From Eubacteriales bacterium (GTDB taxonomy: Bacteria > Bacillota > Clostridia > Oscillospirales > CAG-272): a DNA stretch of 64,000 bases. The translations under genes and the position numbers were made by a program. The DNA lies in NCBI GenBank assembly GCA_045611685.1, contig JAZKXO010000079.1, forward strand, positions 68,551 to 132,550. The letters run 5' to 3'. This document shows positions 45,184 through 55,391 of the stretch, piece after piece. The notes under the pieces are model-generated. The model was not told where the DNA came from. It saw nothing but the letters and a program-made list of their open reading frames with translations, and did not search any database. How positions within the stretch are numbered: position 1 is the stretch's first letter; the number at the start of each line of letters is the position of its first letter.

Positions 45184-45212
45184 ATTATAACACAGTTTTA
45201 TTCCGAAAGCAA
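45184..45212 (-). promoter_or_regulatory. sigma-A-type promoter for rpsB-tsf
   Basis: The minus strand reads TTGCTT, a 17-nt spacer, then TGtTATAAT (extended -10). This leaves a leader of about 135 nt containing two hairpins. Confidence 0.55.
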
Positions 45213-45252
45213 CAAATTTTCCCGTGTTCACAAAATGTTTACACATATTTTT

Positions 45253-45290
45253 AATAAAAAGAACAGCCGGCATACGGCTGTTCTTTTTTA
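45253..45290. terminator. bidirectional terminator downstream of the solute-binding protein gene
   Basis: GAACAGCCG (45261-45269) pairs with CGGCTGTTC (45275-45283), flanked by an A-run and a T-run. Confidence 0.8.
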
Positions 45291-45302
45291 TGCCTGTGTT
45301 TT

Positions 45303-47003
45303 TTACATTTCAGCACTGTTTTCGTCAGAGACGCGGGTGCTGGAGAAGTCGTTATAGAACACGACGAGCGAATCCTCGCCGGTATAGCTGAGCAATTTCT
45401 CCATCACGGGGAGCTTTCTGACCTCGTCCTTCAGTCCGTCAATGGCTGCGAGCCATTCTTCGGCACTCATCGCTTCGATGCGGTCGTAATACTCTTTGCT
45501 GAGTTTTGCGAGTTCATCAAAGTCTGCCTTGGTTTCCTCCGTTACGTAATCCGTTCTGTACAGATTGATATACGGGCTGACATGCGATGCGAGGTTCTGC
45601 TGCTTTGCGCTCTCCCAGTATTCCATGGAGATGCCTGCGCCGGGGTACGTCATATATACGTTACCGGTTTCCTCAAGCTTCATCTTGTAGTCTTCGCTGA
45701 GGATGTCGATGACTTCGTCATTATCGAAGTTCTTCTGCCAGTGTACGCCTTCCACACCGTACTGCAGGATCGTGCGCAGTTCGGGGTCGGTGTTCAGCAT
45801 AGTGAGCACTTCCATCGAACGTGCGACGCTCTTGGTATATGCAGAAACAGCAAACATAGAGGCATAGACGTTCTCCGTGGTAGCACGGGGCGTCTCGTAG
45901 ATGTATACGTAATAATCGTCTTCGTATGCGTTCTTTACATTGATATCGCCCGAGATCACACCGACAGCAAACTCTTTTTCATTCTGGGGGTCCTTCGAGA
46001 AGCCGTTGGTCTCGGCAAGATACTTCATGAGGTAGACGGTATCAACGTACTCGTTATTGTTGAGGATAGATCTCGGCGGGCTGTATGCGTTGATGTCAGC
46101 CGCACGGGTGAGCTGCGTGGCGATCAGCGACCAGGAACCGTCCTCGGACCAGTGATATATGTCAGACGGCTCAACGGGAGCAAGGAACGGTGTCACGTCG
46201 GTAAATCTCTGCACGTCCTTAATAAAGTCGGCACACTGAGAAATAGTCGTTACCTTATCCTTATCCCAGTACAGCTCATCAACGAGGCGCTTGTTTACAA
46301 GGAGATATTTGTATTCGCCCAGCGGCCGGTTGTTGGGGATCGCGTACGTCATACCGTTGATCTTTGCATTGTTGATAAATGAAGGATATATGTACTGCTT
46401 CAAAATTTTGGACGTGCCGGTCAACTCGGCGTCCAACGCGGACAGAGCACCTCTCTCGTTGTACGCGAGGTAGTTATCGTAACCGCGAATAAGGAAGATA
46501 TCCATCTGATTCTTTTCAACCTCGGGATACTTGACGACGGTCATACCGATCTCGTTCACGTAGGTTTCCTCCGTCTCGGCAGGTTCTTCCGTTACAGTCG
46601 TTTCGGCGGTGGTAGTGATACCCTGTGCTGCGAGCTCCTTAGCTTCCTTTTTCTTACGGTCGGCTTCCGCTTTTTCAAAAGCGATCGCTTCTTCGATCTC
46701 GGTCATTCTGGCTTCGATTGCCGCCTCGTACTCATCGCTCGGAACAGCATGGAGCTCAATAGCGGTTTCAAACTTCGCCTTCGTGATTTTACTGAGAGCC
46801 TCCTGTACCGCAAGAATTGCTTCTTCGGTCGTATCTTCATCCGTAGGGACCCAAAGAGTGAGCGTTACGGTAGTAAGTGCAGATTCATCGGTCGTGGTAC
46901 CGGCAATCGTCTCGTCTCCTTTGTCGTTGGAGCATCCGACGGCAGCAAAACAGGAAAGCACCATCGTCAGAGCCAAAAGCAGGCACATAAGGTTTCTTTT
47001 CAT
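45303..47003 (-). CDS. extracellular solute-binding lipoprotein (large family-1 ABC substrate-binding protein) with no adjacent permease genes
   Basis: 566 aa with a signal peptide and lipobox (LSCFAAVGCS). Its size and composition resemble LplA/YtcQ-type sugar-binding lipoproteins. The family call is by eye only. Confidence 0.65.
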   Translation of the reverse strand: MKRNLMCLLLALTMVLSCFAAVGCSNDKGDETIAGTTTDESALTTVTLTLWVPTDEDTTEEAILAVQEALSKITKAKFETAIELHAVPSDEYEAAIEARMTEIEEAIAFEKAEADRKKKEAKELAAQGITTTAETTVTEEPAETEETYVNEIGMTVVKYPEVEKNQMDIFLIRGYDNYLAYNERGALSALDAELTGTSKILKQYIYPSFINNAKINGMTYAIPNNRPLGEYKYLLVNKRLVDELYWDKDKVTTISQCADFIKDVQRFTDVTPFLAPVEPSDIYHWSEDGSWSLIATQLTRAADINAYSPPRSILNNNEYVDTVYLMKYLAETNGFSKDPQNEKEFAVGVISGDINVKNAYEDDYYVYIYETPRATTENVYASMFAVSAYTKSVARSMEVLTMLNTDPELRTILQYGVEGVHWQKNFDNDEVIDILSEDYKMKLEETGNVYMTYPGAGISMEYWESAKQQNLASHVSPYINLYRTDYVTEETKADFDELAKLSKEYYDRIEAMSAEEWLAAIDGLKDEVRKLPVMEKLLSYTGEDSLVVFYNDFSSTRVSDENSAEM

Positions 47004-47060
47004 TAGGAATCCTCCTTGTAATCAATGCGTGGGCATTATAGTAAAAGATAATCTTTCAAT

Positions 47061-47089
47061 ATTTTACACTATTTCAACGGCTGTGTCAA
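47061..47089 (-). promoter_or_regulatory. sigma-A-type promoter for the solute-binding lipoprotein gene
   Basis: The minus strand reads TTGACA, a 17-nt spacer, then TAAAAT. Confidence 0.6.
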
Positions 47090-47108
47090 GGGACTTTTTC
47101 GACTCGAA

Positions 47109-48203
47109 TCAATCAAGATAGTCTCTCAGTCGCTTGGAACGGCTCGGATGACGCAGTTTACGCAGCGCTTTTGCCTCGATCTGACGGATGCGCTCACGAG
47201 TGATATTGAATTCTTTGCCTACCTCTTCCAGCGTTCTGGAGCGGCCGTCGTCAAGTCCGAAGCGGAGTTTCAGAACGTGCTCCTCGCGGGGAGTCAGCGT
47301 GTGAAGAACCTCGCAGAGCTGCTCTCGGAGCAGTGCGTACGAAGCAGCATCTGCCGGTGCAGGCGAATCGTCGTCCGGAATGAAGTCACCGAGATGGCTG
47401 TCCTCTTCCTCACCGATCGGTGTCTCAAGAGATACGGGATCCTGCGCAATCTTCATAATCTCACGGACTTTATCGGCGTTCATACCGATGACATCGGCGA
47501 TCTCCTCCGCGGTTGCCTCCTTGCCGCGCTCCTGCAAAAGCTGTCGGGACACGCGGGAAACCTTGTGGATCGTTTCGACCATATGGACGGGAATACGAAT
47601 CGTTCTCGCCTGATCCGCGATAGCACGGGTGATCGCCTGACGGATCCACCATGTAGCGTACGTAGAGAACTTATAACCCTTTGCGTAATCAAATTTTTCG
47701 ACAGCCTTCATAAGGCCAAGGTTTCCTTCCTGGATCAGATCAAGGAAAAACATACCCTTGCCTACGTAACGCTTAGCGATGCTTACGACGAGACGGAGAT
47801 TCGCCTCGACGAGCTGCTGCTTGGCAACCTCGTCGCCCTCTGCCATACGCTGCGCGAGCAAAAGCTCGCGGTCCGCGTCGAGAAGCGGCACTTTACCGAT
47901 TTCTTTCAGGTACATACGCACCGGATCGTCAATGGAAAGGCCCTCCTGCGTGAGAACCTTGTCCATCTCTTCGGGGCTGTCGATCTGATCGAGATCCTCC
48001 TCAAGATCTTCGAACTCCGCGGGGTTGATATAACTGGTTACCTCAATACCGTTGTTTTCCAGCGTCTCGTACAGCTTTTCGATCTGATCGATGTCATAAT
48101 CGGCAAAATCGATCGCTTCAAGAATGTCGTTGTTGGTAAGCGATCCCTTGGATTTTCCTTTTTCAATCAGATCACTTACGTCTGTTTTCTTTTCGTTATC
48201 CAT
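47109..48203 (-). CDS. rpoD: RNA polymerase primary sigma factor
   Basis: 364 aa with regions 1.2 to 4.2. Recognisable segments include [34 protein letters not shown] and [24 protein letters not shown]. Confidence 0.96.
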   Translation of the reverse strand: MDNEKKTDVSDLIEKGKSKGSLTNNDILEAIDFADYDIDQIEKLYETLENNGIEVTSYINPAEFEDLEEDLDQIDSPEEMDKVLTQEGLSIDDPVRMYLKEIGKVPLLDADRELLLAQRMAEGDEVAKQQLVEANLRLVVSIAKRYVGKGMFFLDLIQEGNLGLMKAVEKFDYAKGYKFSTYATWWIRQAITRAIADQARTIRIPVHMVETIHKVSRVSRQLLQERGKEATAEEIADVIGMNADKVREIMKIAQDPVSLETPIGEEEDSHLGDFIPDDDSPAPADAASYALLREQLCEVLHTLTPREEHVLKLRFGLDDGRSRTLEEVGKEFNITRERIRQIEAKALRKLRHPSRSKRLRDYLD

Positions 48204-48239
48204 GCACTTTTTTCCTTCCGATATGTAGTTTTTACAAAG

Positions 48240-50015
48240 TCATGTATCAGAGCGCGGCGTAGTGTTTTTAAGTTCACCGCGTTTCTTTTGAATATGGTAT
48301 AAAAAATCGTCGTCCGTTTTCCTTCGGTTCTTCTCGTTCTCGTCGCGAAGCGCACGTACGGTTTCATCAAAGACCGAGGGGCCGTTGTCCGTCAGCTGTT
48401 GTCGCTTATGAAGCATACTGACCGCGCGCGAAACCTCCTCTTGCGTGAAGGCCTCGGAAAGGAGTGCGAGATCAAAGCCGCCCGCTTGCTCTCCGTCCTT
48501 TATCGTCTCGTAGAGACGTCGCCCGAGCTCCGTCGGGAAATCGTCGGCATCGAGCGGTTTCCCGCTTACTGCTTGGGTCAGGTACTCTTTTCGGAGCATG
48601 ACAAGTCCGAGAAGCGTTTCCTCCAGCCGCGCCGCCTTTGTGTGTTTGGCAAAATCCGGATTGACGCGATCGGAGATGCCCATGCCGGCGCGGTACAACT
48701 CCCCGGGTCGTTCCTTTTTCTCATTTCGCGCACGCCGGCGGATTGCCGAATCAACGTCGTTTTTAAGGCTCTTTACATCCACGCCGAGCACGGATGCCGC
48801 CTTCGCCGTGTATATTTCCCGCTCCACGCCGGAATATACATTTGATATCTCCGCCGTAATAAGCGCCGCGGCCTTGATCTTTTGTTCCGGAACGCTTATA
48901 TCATGCTCGGCTAAGATATTATCAAGTTTGAAGTCGAAGCGGGTTCGCCCCTCGTCGAGGAGAGAGGCAAACTTTTTCGCCCCGAACGCTTTTATATATT
49001 CGTCCGGATCCTTCGCGCCGTCCATTTTGATCACGCGGGCATCCACACCCGCCTCAGAAAGAATGCGGAGCGCTTTGTTCGTCGCCGTCTGTCCTGCGCC
49101 GTCGCTGTCATAGGCGAGGACAACGTTTTCCGTATACTTGCGTATGATGCGTGCATGCTCGGGGGTGATTGCCGTGCCGAGCGTAGCGACGGCGTTCTCA
49201 AAGCCCGCCGCATGGAGTGTAATGACGTCCATGTACCCTTCGCAAAGGATAAGACGTTTCTCCGCGTGGGCCTTCGCGAAATTGAGCGCAAACAGATTGC
49301 GGCTTTTCTTGAACGCAGGCGTATCGGAGGAGTTCAGGTACTTCGGCTTGGAATCGTCAAGCACACGGCCGCCGAACGCTATGATATTGCCCGTTACGTC
49401 AATAAGCGGGAACATAAGGCGTCCTCGAAAGATATCGTACACATGTCCCTTTTCGCTTCTCGCGCAAAAATAGCCCGTAATCATCTCCTCGTCGGTGTAG
49501 CCGTTCCTTCTGAGGTGATCGCGCAGCGAATTGAACGACTGCGGCGCGTAGCCGAGTCCGAAACGGCGTGCCACCGTGGTGGAGAGTTTTCGTTTTTCGA
49601 GATACGCTCTCGCCGGCGCACCGATCTTGTCATCAAACAAACAGTCGCGGAAAAACCGCGCGGCACAGAGATTCATTTCGAGAATTCGTTTGCGGCCGAC
49701 TTCGCGTTTTTCGTCGCGCTCGTCATCGGGAAGTGTGATCCCTGCCCTTTTAGCGAGAAATTCAAGTGCCGATCGGTAGTCGAGATTCTCTATCCGCATA
49801 ACGAAGCTGATTACATCTCCGCCCGCACCGCAGCCGAAACAGTAGAAATGCGGCTCACCGTTCGTGAAGACGGTAAAAGACGGCGATCGCTCGCTGTGGA
49901 ACGGACAAAGCCCGTGCAGGTTGGAGCCCGCACGCTTCAAGGGAACGTACGAGGAGATCACGTCCACGATGTCGCACCGATGCTTCAAGTCTTCAATTAT
50001 GCTGTGAGGAATCAT
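48240..50015 (-). CDS. dnaG: DNA primase
   Basis: 591 aa with a zinc finger (CPFHSERSPSF...CFGCG) and a TOPRIM domain (ILCEGYMDV, AYDSDGAG). Confidence 0.95.
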   Translation of the reverse strand: MIPHSIIEDLKHRCDIVDVISSYVPLKRAGSNLHGLCPFHSERSPSFTVFTNGEPHFYCFGCGAGGDVISFVMRIENLDYRSALEFLAKRAGITLPDDERDEKREVGRKRILEMNLCAARFFRDCLFDDKIGAPARAYLEKRKLSTTVARRFGLGYAPQSFNSLRDHLRRNGYTDEEMITGYFCARSEKGHVYDIFRGRLMFPLIDVTGNIIAFGGRVLDDSKPKYLNSSDTPAFKKSRNLFALNFAKAHAEKRLILCEGYMDVITLHAAGFENAVATLGTAITPEHARIIRKYTENVVLAYDSDGAGQTATNKALRILSEAGVDARVIKMDGAKDPDEYIKAFGAKKFASLLDEGRTRFDFKLDNILAEHDISVPEQKIKAAALITAEISNVYSGVEREIYTAKAASVLGVDVKSLKNDVDSAIRRRARNEKKERPGELYRAGMGISDRVNPDFAKHTKAARLEETLLGLVMLRKEYLTQAVSGKPLDADDFPTELGRRLYETIKDGEQAGGFDLALLSEAFTQEEVSRAVSMLHKRQQLTDNGPSVFDETVRALRDENEKNRRKTDDDFLYHIQKKRGELKNTTPRSDT

Positions 50016-50048
50016 AGACGGCCCTCCCTTCCCTTTTATGTAGTTTTA

Positions 50049-51071
50049 TCAGTTGTCGCCCTCCGGCGTCCGCCATACGCTGGGGATAAACAGTTCCTTG
50101 TACAGATCAATGGCGTACCGATCCGTCATGCTGGCGATATAGTCGCACACGCACCGTCCGAGCGGTTCCGTCTCCAGATTCCGACGATAGAGATCCGGCA
50201 GCTTATGCGGATAGCGCGTGTAGTATTCGTAAAGACGGGCAAGCATTTCTCTTGCCTTTACCTCCTCCGCTTTCGCGATCGGATTAAAGTATACGTTATC
50301 GAAAAGGAATCGGCGCAGGCGCATGGTAGCGTCCCCGATCTCCTCGGTCATCCGAATCGTGTCAGCACCCGCACTTCCTTCAATGACGGCGGAAACCATC
50401 GTATTGATGCGGTGGCCGTGGCCCTCGCCGAGTACTTTCAGAATATCGGTAGGAATATCGGAAATCTTCAGTATCCCCGCACGGCACGCGTCGTCGATAT
50501 CGTGATTGATGTACGCGATGCGGTCGGCAAATTTGACGATCACGCCCTCAAGCGTGGACGCTATATCGTCGCCGGTATGATTGACGATACCGTCGCGGAC
50601 CTCCCACGTGAGATTGAGACCGCGGCCGTTATTTTCCAGTTTCTCCACCACGCGCAGGCTTTGCTTATAATGGGTAAATTCGGGTGAATAGCACTGCTGC
50701 ATAACGACCTCGCCGGCATGTCCGAACGGGGTGTGCCCGAGATCGTGTCCGAGGGCGATCGCCTCCGTCAAGTCCTCGTTCAGCATAAGCGCACGGGCGA
50801 TGATTCTGGCAATCTGGCACACTTCAAGCGTGTGCGTCATACGCGTGCGATAATGCTCGTCCTGCGGAAAAAGGAAGACCTGCGTTTTATGGACGAGCCG
50901 GCGGAACGATTTCGAATGAATGATTCTGTCCCGATCTCGCTGGAAATCGGTGCGGTTGGGGCACGGCTCGCAAGGGTGGTCTCTGCCGCGTGTGTTTTCC
51001 GTCAAAAAAGCGCGCGGTGAAAGCGTCCGCCGTTCCCGTTCGCAAAAGAGCTGACTGACCGATTTCTCCAT
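50049..51071 (-). CDS. dgt: dGTP triphosphohydrolase-like HD-domain protein
   Basis: Contains DFQRDRDRIIHSKSFRRL and HTLEV...GHDLGHTPFGH. It sits in the usual position upstream of dnaG in Clostridia. Confidence 0.88.
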   Translation of the reverse strand: MEKSVSQLFCERERRTLSPRAFLTENTRGRDHPCEPCPNRTDFQRDRDRIIHSKSFRRLVHKTQVFLFPQDEHYRTRMTHTLEVCQIARIIARALMLNEDLTEAIALGHDLGHTPFGHAGEVVMQQCYSPEFTHYKQSLRVVEKLENNGRGLNLTWEVRDGIVNHTGDDIASTLEGVIVKFADRIAYINHDIDDACRAGILKISDIPTDILKVLGEGHGHRINTMVSAVIEGSAGADTIRMTEEIGDATMRLRRFLFDNVYFNPIAKAEEVKAREMLARLYEYYTRYPHKLPDLYRRNLETEPLGRCVCDYIASMTDRYAIDLYKELFIPSVWRTPEGDN

Positions 51072-51161
51072 ACGCGCCTCCTAAACATATTCTCAAAAGG
51101 TAACTGCAGATATAATATACGCAAAATTACTCTTTTTTACTTTTTTTGTCGAAAATTAATC

Positions 51162-51797
51162 TCACCCTATATGCGGGCGTTCTTCGTGTCCGATCACGTC
51201 GACCGAGGTTCTGCCGCCGGTCAGTTCCGTAAGTATGCCCGTTATCTCGTCCACGCGCTCTGCCGGAACGCCCGCGCGGATCGTTACCGCCTCATCAAAG
51301 TCCGCGGCATCTTCCGTAACACCGATTTTAGGCAACTGTACTGTAACCTTCTGATAATCGGAATAACTAACGCGAACCGAAAGAACTGCATAGTCCGCCA
51401 TCGCAACGATCCCCGCGGCATCAATCGCAAGTTTTGCAGATGCCGAATATGCGCGGACGAGCCCGCCCGCGCCAAGAAGAACGCCGCCGAAATAACGGGT
51501 AACCACGACGCAGAGATCGGTAGCGCCGGACATTTTGAGCACGTTCAGAACGGGCACGCCGGCTGTTCCCTGCGGCTCACCGTCATCGGAATAGCGCGCT
51601 ATTGCTCCACCGTTCAGAATATACGCGTACACGTTATGCGAGGCATCGTGATATTTTCGGCGCATTTCCGCGATGAGTTCCCGTGCCTCTTCCTCGGAGG
51701 TTACGGGTGCCGCCGTTCCGATGAAGATAGATTTTTTCTCCTCCATCTCTGCCGAAGCACGGCGGGCAAGTGTAATCCTTCCGCTTGTTTCTGCCAT
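51162..51797 (-). CDS. yigZ: YigZ/IMPACT-family (UPF0029) protein
   Basis: The product begins MAETSG and contains KKSIFIGTAAPV...HNVYAY...YSDDGEPQGTAG. ATG 51797 lies 1 nt after the hflX stop, so the longer ORF to 51917 is rejected. Confidence 0.85.
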   Translation of the reverse strand: MAETSGRITLARRASAEMEEKKSIFIGTAAPVTSEEEARELIAEMRRKYHDASHNVYAYILNGGAIARYSDDGEPQGTAGVPVLNVLKMSGATDLCVVVTRYFGGVLLGAGGLVRAYSASAKLAIDAAGIVAMADYAVLSVRVSYSDYQKVTVQLPKIGVTEDAADFDEAVTIRAGVPAERVDEITGILTELTGGRTSVDVIGHEERPHIG

Positions 51798-51798
51798 G

Positions 51799-53148
51799 TC
51801 AGAAATCCTCCAAAAGTCCGTCCTCGTCGTCCATAACGGAGTCGCGCACCGGACGGATGATATACGATGCAAGCTTGCCCCTGAGGCGGGCATCAACCGT
51901 TGCGGTAACGAGCACACCGTCCTCGGTGTATTCCACTTCTACGCCATGAGCAGAGGCGTATAGAAGATTCAACGCCGCACCGTCGGAATGCGGCAGAAGG
52001 AATTTCTCCCTCGTCCGTCCGCCCGCGGCGATCCGCTCGAGCGTCTCCTCAAATTCTTCTAGTCCCTCGCCGGTTTTCGCCGAGATGAACACGGCCTCAC
52101 ATCCGTTTTCCGAAGCCACGCGGCGCATTTCGGTAAGAGAGGTCGGATCGGTACACAGATCGCATTTATTGAACACGAACAGTACCGGCTTTCCTTCCGC
52201 ACCGAGATCACGGAGAAGTCCGTCCGTTACCTTCAGCTGATCGGCAAACTCCGGATCGGATGCATCACACACGTTCAGAATCACATCCGAAAGCGCCGCC
52301 TCCTCCAAAGTGGAGCGGAACGCTTTTATAAGATGATGCGGGAGATTACGGATAAATCCGACGGTATCCGTCAAAAGAAGCTTCATGCCGGACGGCAGAA
52401 CATACTGCCGCGTGGTAGGATCGAGCGTGGCGAACAGTTTGTCCTCTGCCAAGATGCCCGCACCCGTGAGCGTATTGAGAAGCGTGGATTTTCCCGCGTT
52501 CGTATACCCGACGATCGCACATCGAACGAGTCCTGAACGGTCGCGCGAAGCGCGCATTGTGGCTCTGGCGGATTCCACATTCCTCAGTTGCTCCTCCAGC
52601 GCGTGGATACGGGATTTGATCCGACGGCGATCCACCTCGAGCTTGGTCTCACCGGGGCCGCGCGTACCGATGCCGCCGCCGAGGCGAGACATATCCTTAC
52701 CCTTGCCCGCAAGACGCGGCGCCGTATAACGGAGCTGTGCCAGTTCGACCTGCAGACGTCCCTCGGACGTAACAGCGTGTTTTGCAAATATATCAAGGAT
52801 CAGCATAGAGCGGTCAAGAACCTCGACCTCCCTGTCGATCGCTTTTTCGATTTCGCGCAGCTGTGATGGCGAAAGCTCACAATCGAACACCACGAGCGAC
52901 GCCTCTTCGGTATTGCAGAGTTCGGAGAGTTCCCGGAGTTTGCCGCTGCCGAAGCAGGTAGAAGCATCGGGGCGGTCTCGCATCTGCGTGACGGTGGCGA
53001 CGAGCGCGGCGCCCGCCGTGTCAAGAAGCCGTTCCAATTCCCCGAGTGAGACCTCGCACTCGCGCTCGCCTCCCTGGGGAAAGATCGCGCAGGCAATGGC
53101 GCGGGGCATCTCGGACGTATCTTCGCGAAGTAAAACATTCTGAGCCAT
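51799..53148 (-). CDS. hflX: GTPase HflX
   Basis: 449 aa with an HflX N-domain, G1 GYTNAGKST, DTVGF and NKCD. Confidence 0.93.
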   Translation of the reverse strand: MAQNVLLREDTSEMPRAIACAIFPQGGERECEVSLGELERLLDTAGAALVATVTQMRDRPDASTCFGSGKLRELSELCNTEEASLVVFDCELSPSQLREIEKAIDREVEVLDRSMLILDIFAKHAVTSEGRLQVELAQLRYTAPRLAGKGKDMSRLGGGIGTRGPGETKLEVDRRRIKSRIHALEEQLRNVESARATMRASRDRSGLVRCAIVGYTNAGKSTLLNTLTGAGILAEDKLFATLDPTTRQYVLPSGMKLLLTDTVGFIRNLPHHLIKAFRSTLEEAALSDVILNVCDASDPEFADQLKVTDGLLRDLGAEGKPVLFVFNKCDLCTDPTSLTEMRRVASENGCEAVFISAKTGEGLEEFEETLERIAAGGRTREKFLLPHSDGAALNLLYASAHGVEVEYTEDGVLVTATVDARLRGKLASYIIRPVRDSVMDDEDGLLEDF

Positions 53149-53183
53149 AAAATCCTCCTCACGGTCAAAATTCGACCGTATAA

Positions 53184-53233
53184 ACGAAAAATCGGATAAG
53201 ACGGGCGCTGAACCGCGCTTTGTCTTATCCGAT
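53184..53233 (-). terminator. rho-independent terminator after rpmE
   Basis: 12-bp stem ATCGGATAAGAC (53191-53202) pairs with GTCTTATCCGAT (53222-53233) around an inner GC hairpin. TTTTTCG follows on the minus strand. Confidence 0.75.
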
Positions 53234-53254
53234 TCGTGACATTACAGGTACAGA

Positions 53255-53473
53255 TTATTTGCCGGATGCAGCAAGACGCTTCTTGAACTTATCAACACGT
53301 CCGCCGGCATCAACGAATTTCTGCTTACCGGTAAAGAACGGATGGCACTTTGAGCAAATATCAACGCGCAACTCACCGTTTGCATCGCCCTTGGTAGAGC
53401 GGGTAACGACAGTCTCACCGCAAGCGCAGCGGATCGTTACTTCTTTATAATCGGGATGAATTCCACTCTTCAT
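53255..53473 (-). CDS. rpmE: 50S ribosomal protein L31 (Cys-containing type A)
   Basis: 72 aa beginning [12 protein letters not shown] and containing ...CACGE...[10 protein letters not shown]. Confidence 0.96.
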   Translation of the reverse strand: MKSGIHPDYKEVTIRCACGETVVTRSTKGDANGELRVDICSKCHPFFTGKQKFVDAGGRVDKFKKRLAASGK

Positions 53474-53566
53474 TATTACACCTCTCTCTGTAGATATTCA
53501 TATGGATGTATTATATCACACATTTGAAGACAAATCAATACCTTTTTCACACTTTTTTCTGATTTT

Positions 53567-54304
53567 TCAGATTTTTGTTTCGATCCTGTCCTTCAATCGG
53601 CGGATGATCTTCTTCTCAAGCCTTGAAATGTACGATTGCGAAATGCCCAGCATATCTGCTACCTCTTTCTGCGTCCGCTCTTCCCCACCCGTAAGACCGT
53701 ATCTCAGTTCAATGATGAGCCGCTCCCGCTCGCCGAGCTCGGAAACCGCCGCGCGGATCGTCCGTTCATCCTCGCTCCGCTCGAGATCGCGTCCTACCGT
53801 ATCCTCCTCCGTTCCGATGACGTCCGACAGCAGAAGCTCGTTCCCGTCCCAGTCGATATTGAGCGGCTCGTCAATAGAGACCTCTCCGCGAAGGGAGGAA
53901 TTTTTCCTTATGTACATAAGTATCTCGTTTTCGATGCACCTCGAAGCGTACGTCGCCAGCTTGATCTGCCGTCCCGCCTGGAACGTACGGATCGCCTTGA
54001 TAAGTCCGATCGTGCCGATCGAGATAAGATCCTCGATCCCGATACCGGTGTTCTCAAATTTTCGCGCGATATACACTACAAGCCGGAGATTATGTTCGAT
54101 GAGCTGTGCGGATGCACTTTCGTCCTCCGCAAGGCGGGCGATGGCGTCGGCCTCCTCTTCGGCGGATAGCGGCGGCGGCAGCACCTCCGCGCCGTTGACA
54201 TAGAATGTGCCGTAATCCCCCGCGTTAAGGCAGGCGGTAAGAAGCCGCCCCACAAGCGAGCGGAAATCGCTCATAACCGTTAGAATTCCGTTACTGATAC
54301 GCAT
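53567..54304 (-). CDS. sigE: sporulation sigma factor SigE (pro-sigma-E)
   Basis: A pro-sequence is followed by [17 protein letters not shown], matching the Bacillus YIGGSEALPPPLS. Sigma-70 regions 2 to 4 are present. The gene lies directly downstream of spoIIGA. Confidence 0.9.
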   Translation of the reverse strand: MRISNGILTVMSDFRSLVGRLLTACLNAGDYGTFYVNGAEVLPPPLSAEEEADAIARLAEDESASAQLIEHNLRLVVYIARKFENTGIGIEDLISIGTIGLIKAIRTFQAGRQIKLATYASRCIENEILMYIRKNSSLRGEVSIDEPLNIDWDGNELLLSDVIGTEEDTVGRDLERSEDERTIRAAVSELGERERLIIELRYGLTGGEERTQKEVADMLGISQSYISRLEKKIIRRLKDRIETKI

Positions 54305-54335
54305 ACGTTTGTCCCCTATGTATAAAATGGTAAAA

Positions 54336-55196
54336 TCAAAAAAGAAGTGATGCCGGAAGCAAAGCGCGCGCGCCGCCGTATCCGGACGCACCGTCCGCAC
54401 CGTGATCGACGGAGACCACGGCACAGCGATGCACCTCGCGCCCGCCCCGACGGATCGTCAGATCACGGCAAAGAAATCCATAAATGAGGCGTGTCCCGCC
54501 GACAGTCCTCACGGGCACCGCACGCACACCGACCGAAGCCTCCGCCGGTTCGCCCTTGAAAACGGTATCCGCGAGCGTGCCGAGAAGTTCGCGCGCCGCA
54601 GGCAGGCTGAGAAGAACGACCGGATACCCACCGATCGGATCGGTGAGAAGATTCCCGCTGTCAACGAGCGCCCGTCCCTGCCACGTTCTCCCCTCCCGGG
54701 AAATGACGATCTCCGCATACCCACCGGCAAGACGCCGCCGCGCAAAACGGATGCATCCGACAAGCGCGATCCCACCCGCCAGAAGCATATCCCCGCCTCC
54801 GACGGAAAGATTCCCGCCGAACAGCCCTGAGAAAGCAGTCATAATCCCGCCGAGAAGCGTGCCCGCGCCCCATACGGTAAGCGTAGTGCGAAGGAGTGAA
54901 CGAAGCCCACCTTCCAAGCCGAAGGCAATCACGGACAGAAGCATCGAAACGAAAACGGCGAAAATGGCGCCAAAAAATCCTCCGGGCAAAAAGAGAACGG
55001 CGACAATCCCGTACAGACCGCCCACGGCGGATGCCAGAACGCATCTTGGAAGCGTTGTCGGGAGAGAAAGTAGTTTTGCCGCCGCAAACAGCGACAGGTA
55101 GTCCATACTGAAATCAATAAGGAAGAGTACATCCGCGTACAGTACCGTATCCGTATTGCTCCCTCCCTGCCGACGAGATGTTATTGATGAGAACAT
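54336..55196 (-). CDS. spoIIGA: sigma-E processing peptidase SpoIIGA
   Basis: N-terminal TM segments ([17 protein letters not shown]) and the aspartic protease motif [12 protein letters not shown]. The start is uncertain because ATG 55196 has a weak RBS. Confidence 0.85.
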   Translation of the reverse strand: MFSSITSRRQGGSNTDTVLYADVLFLIDFSMDYLSLFAAAKLLSLPTTLPRCVLASAVGGLYGIVAVLFLPGGFFGAIFAVFVSMLLSVIAFGLEGGLRSLLRTTLTVWGAGTLLGGIMTAFSGLFGGNLSVGGGDMLLAGGIALVGCIRFARRRLAGGYAEIVISREGRTWQGRALVDSGNLLTDPIGGYPVVLLSLPAARELLGTLADTVFKGEPAEASVGVRAVPVRTVGGTRLIYGFLCRDLTIRRGGREVHRCAVVSVDHGADGASGYGGARALLPASLLF

Positions 55197-55347
55197 TATA
55201 CCGCGCCCGTTTTGCGATTTCTGTCGGTATCCGCAGGGCGACACGGATCGAATATTGAAGAGATGCGGCAAAGCCCGCGTTTCCCCTTGAGAAATCACCT
55301 TTCGAGCGTAAAAAAATGAAAATTCATGCGCAAAAAATCAACATTTC

Positions 55348-55382
55348 CGGCAAAAATGTATATTTTTGCGGCAAAAATGTAT
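55348..55382. repeat. 14-bp direct repeat CGGCAAAAATGTAT in two copies with a 21-bp period, just upstream of the -35 of the ABC operon promoter
   Basis: The exact copies lie at 55348-55361 and 55369-55382. A degenerate third A-tract copy sits at about 55328. Confidence 0.9.
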
Positions 55383-55391
55383 GAACCCCTC

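Noticed and set aside
51147-51153. An exact Spo0A-box heptamer, TGTCGAA, lies upstream of dgt.
   Set aside because: A single 7-mer is expected several times by chance in 64 kb on two strands. There is no second box and no sporulation context.
51798-51917. Several ORFs have long N-terminal extensions. They are yigZ to 51917, sigE to 54424, spoIIGA to 55298, spoIVA to 32288, rpsB to 45088 and the PPIase gene to 62810.
   Set aside because: The extensions overlap upstream genes or promoters and lack RBSs. Internal ATGs with good Shine-Dalgarno spacing give N-termini that match the families.
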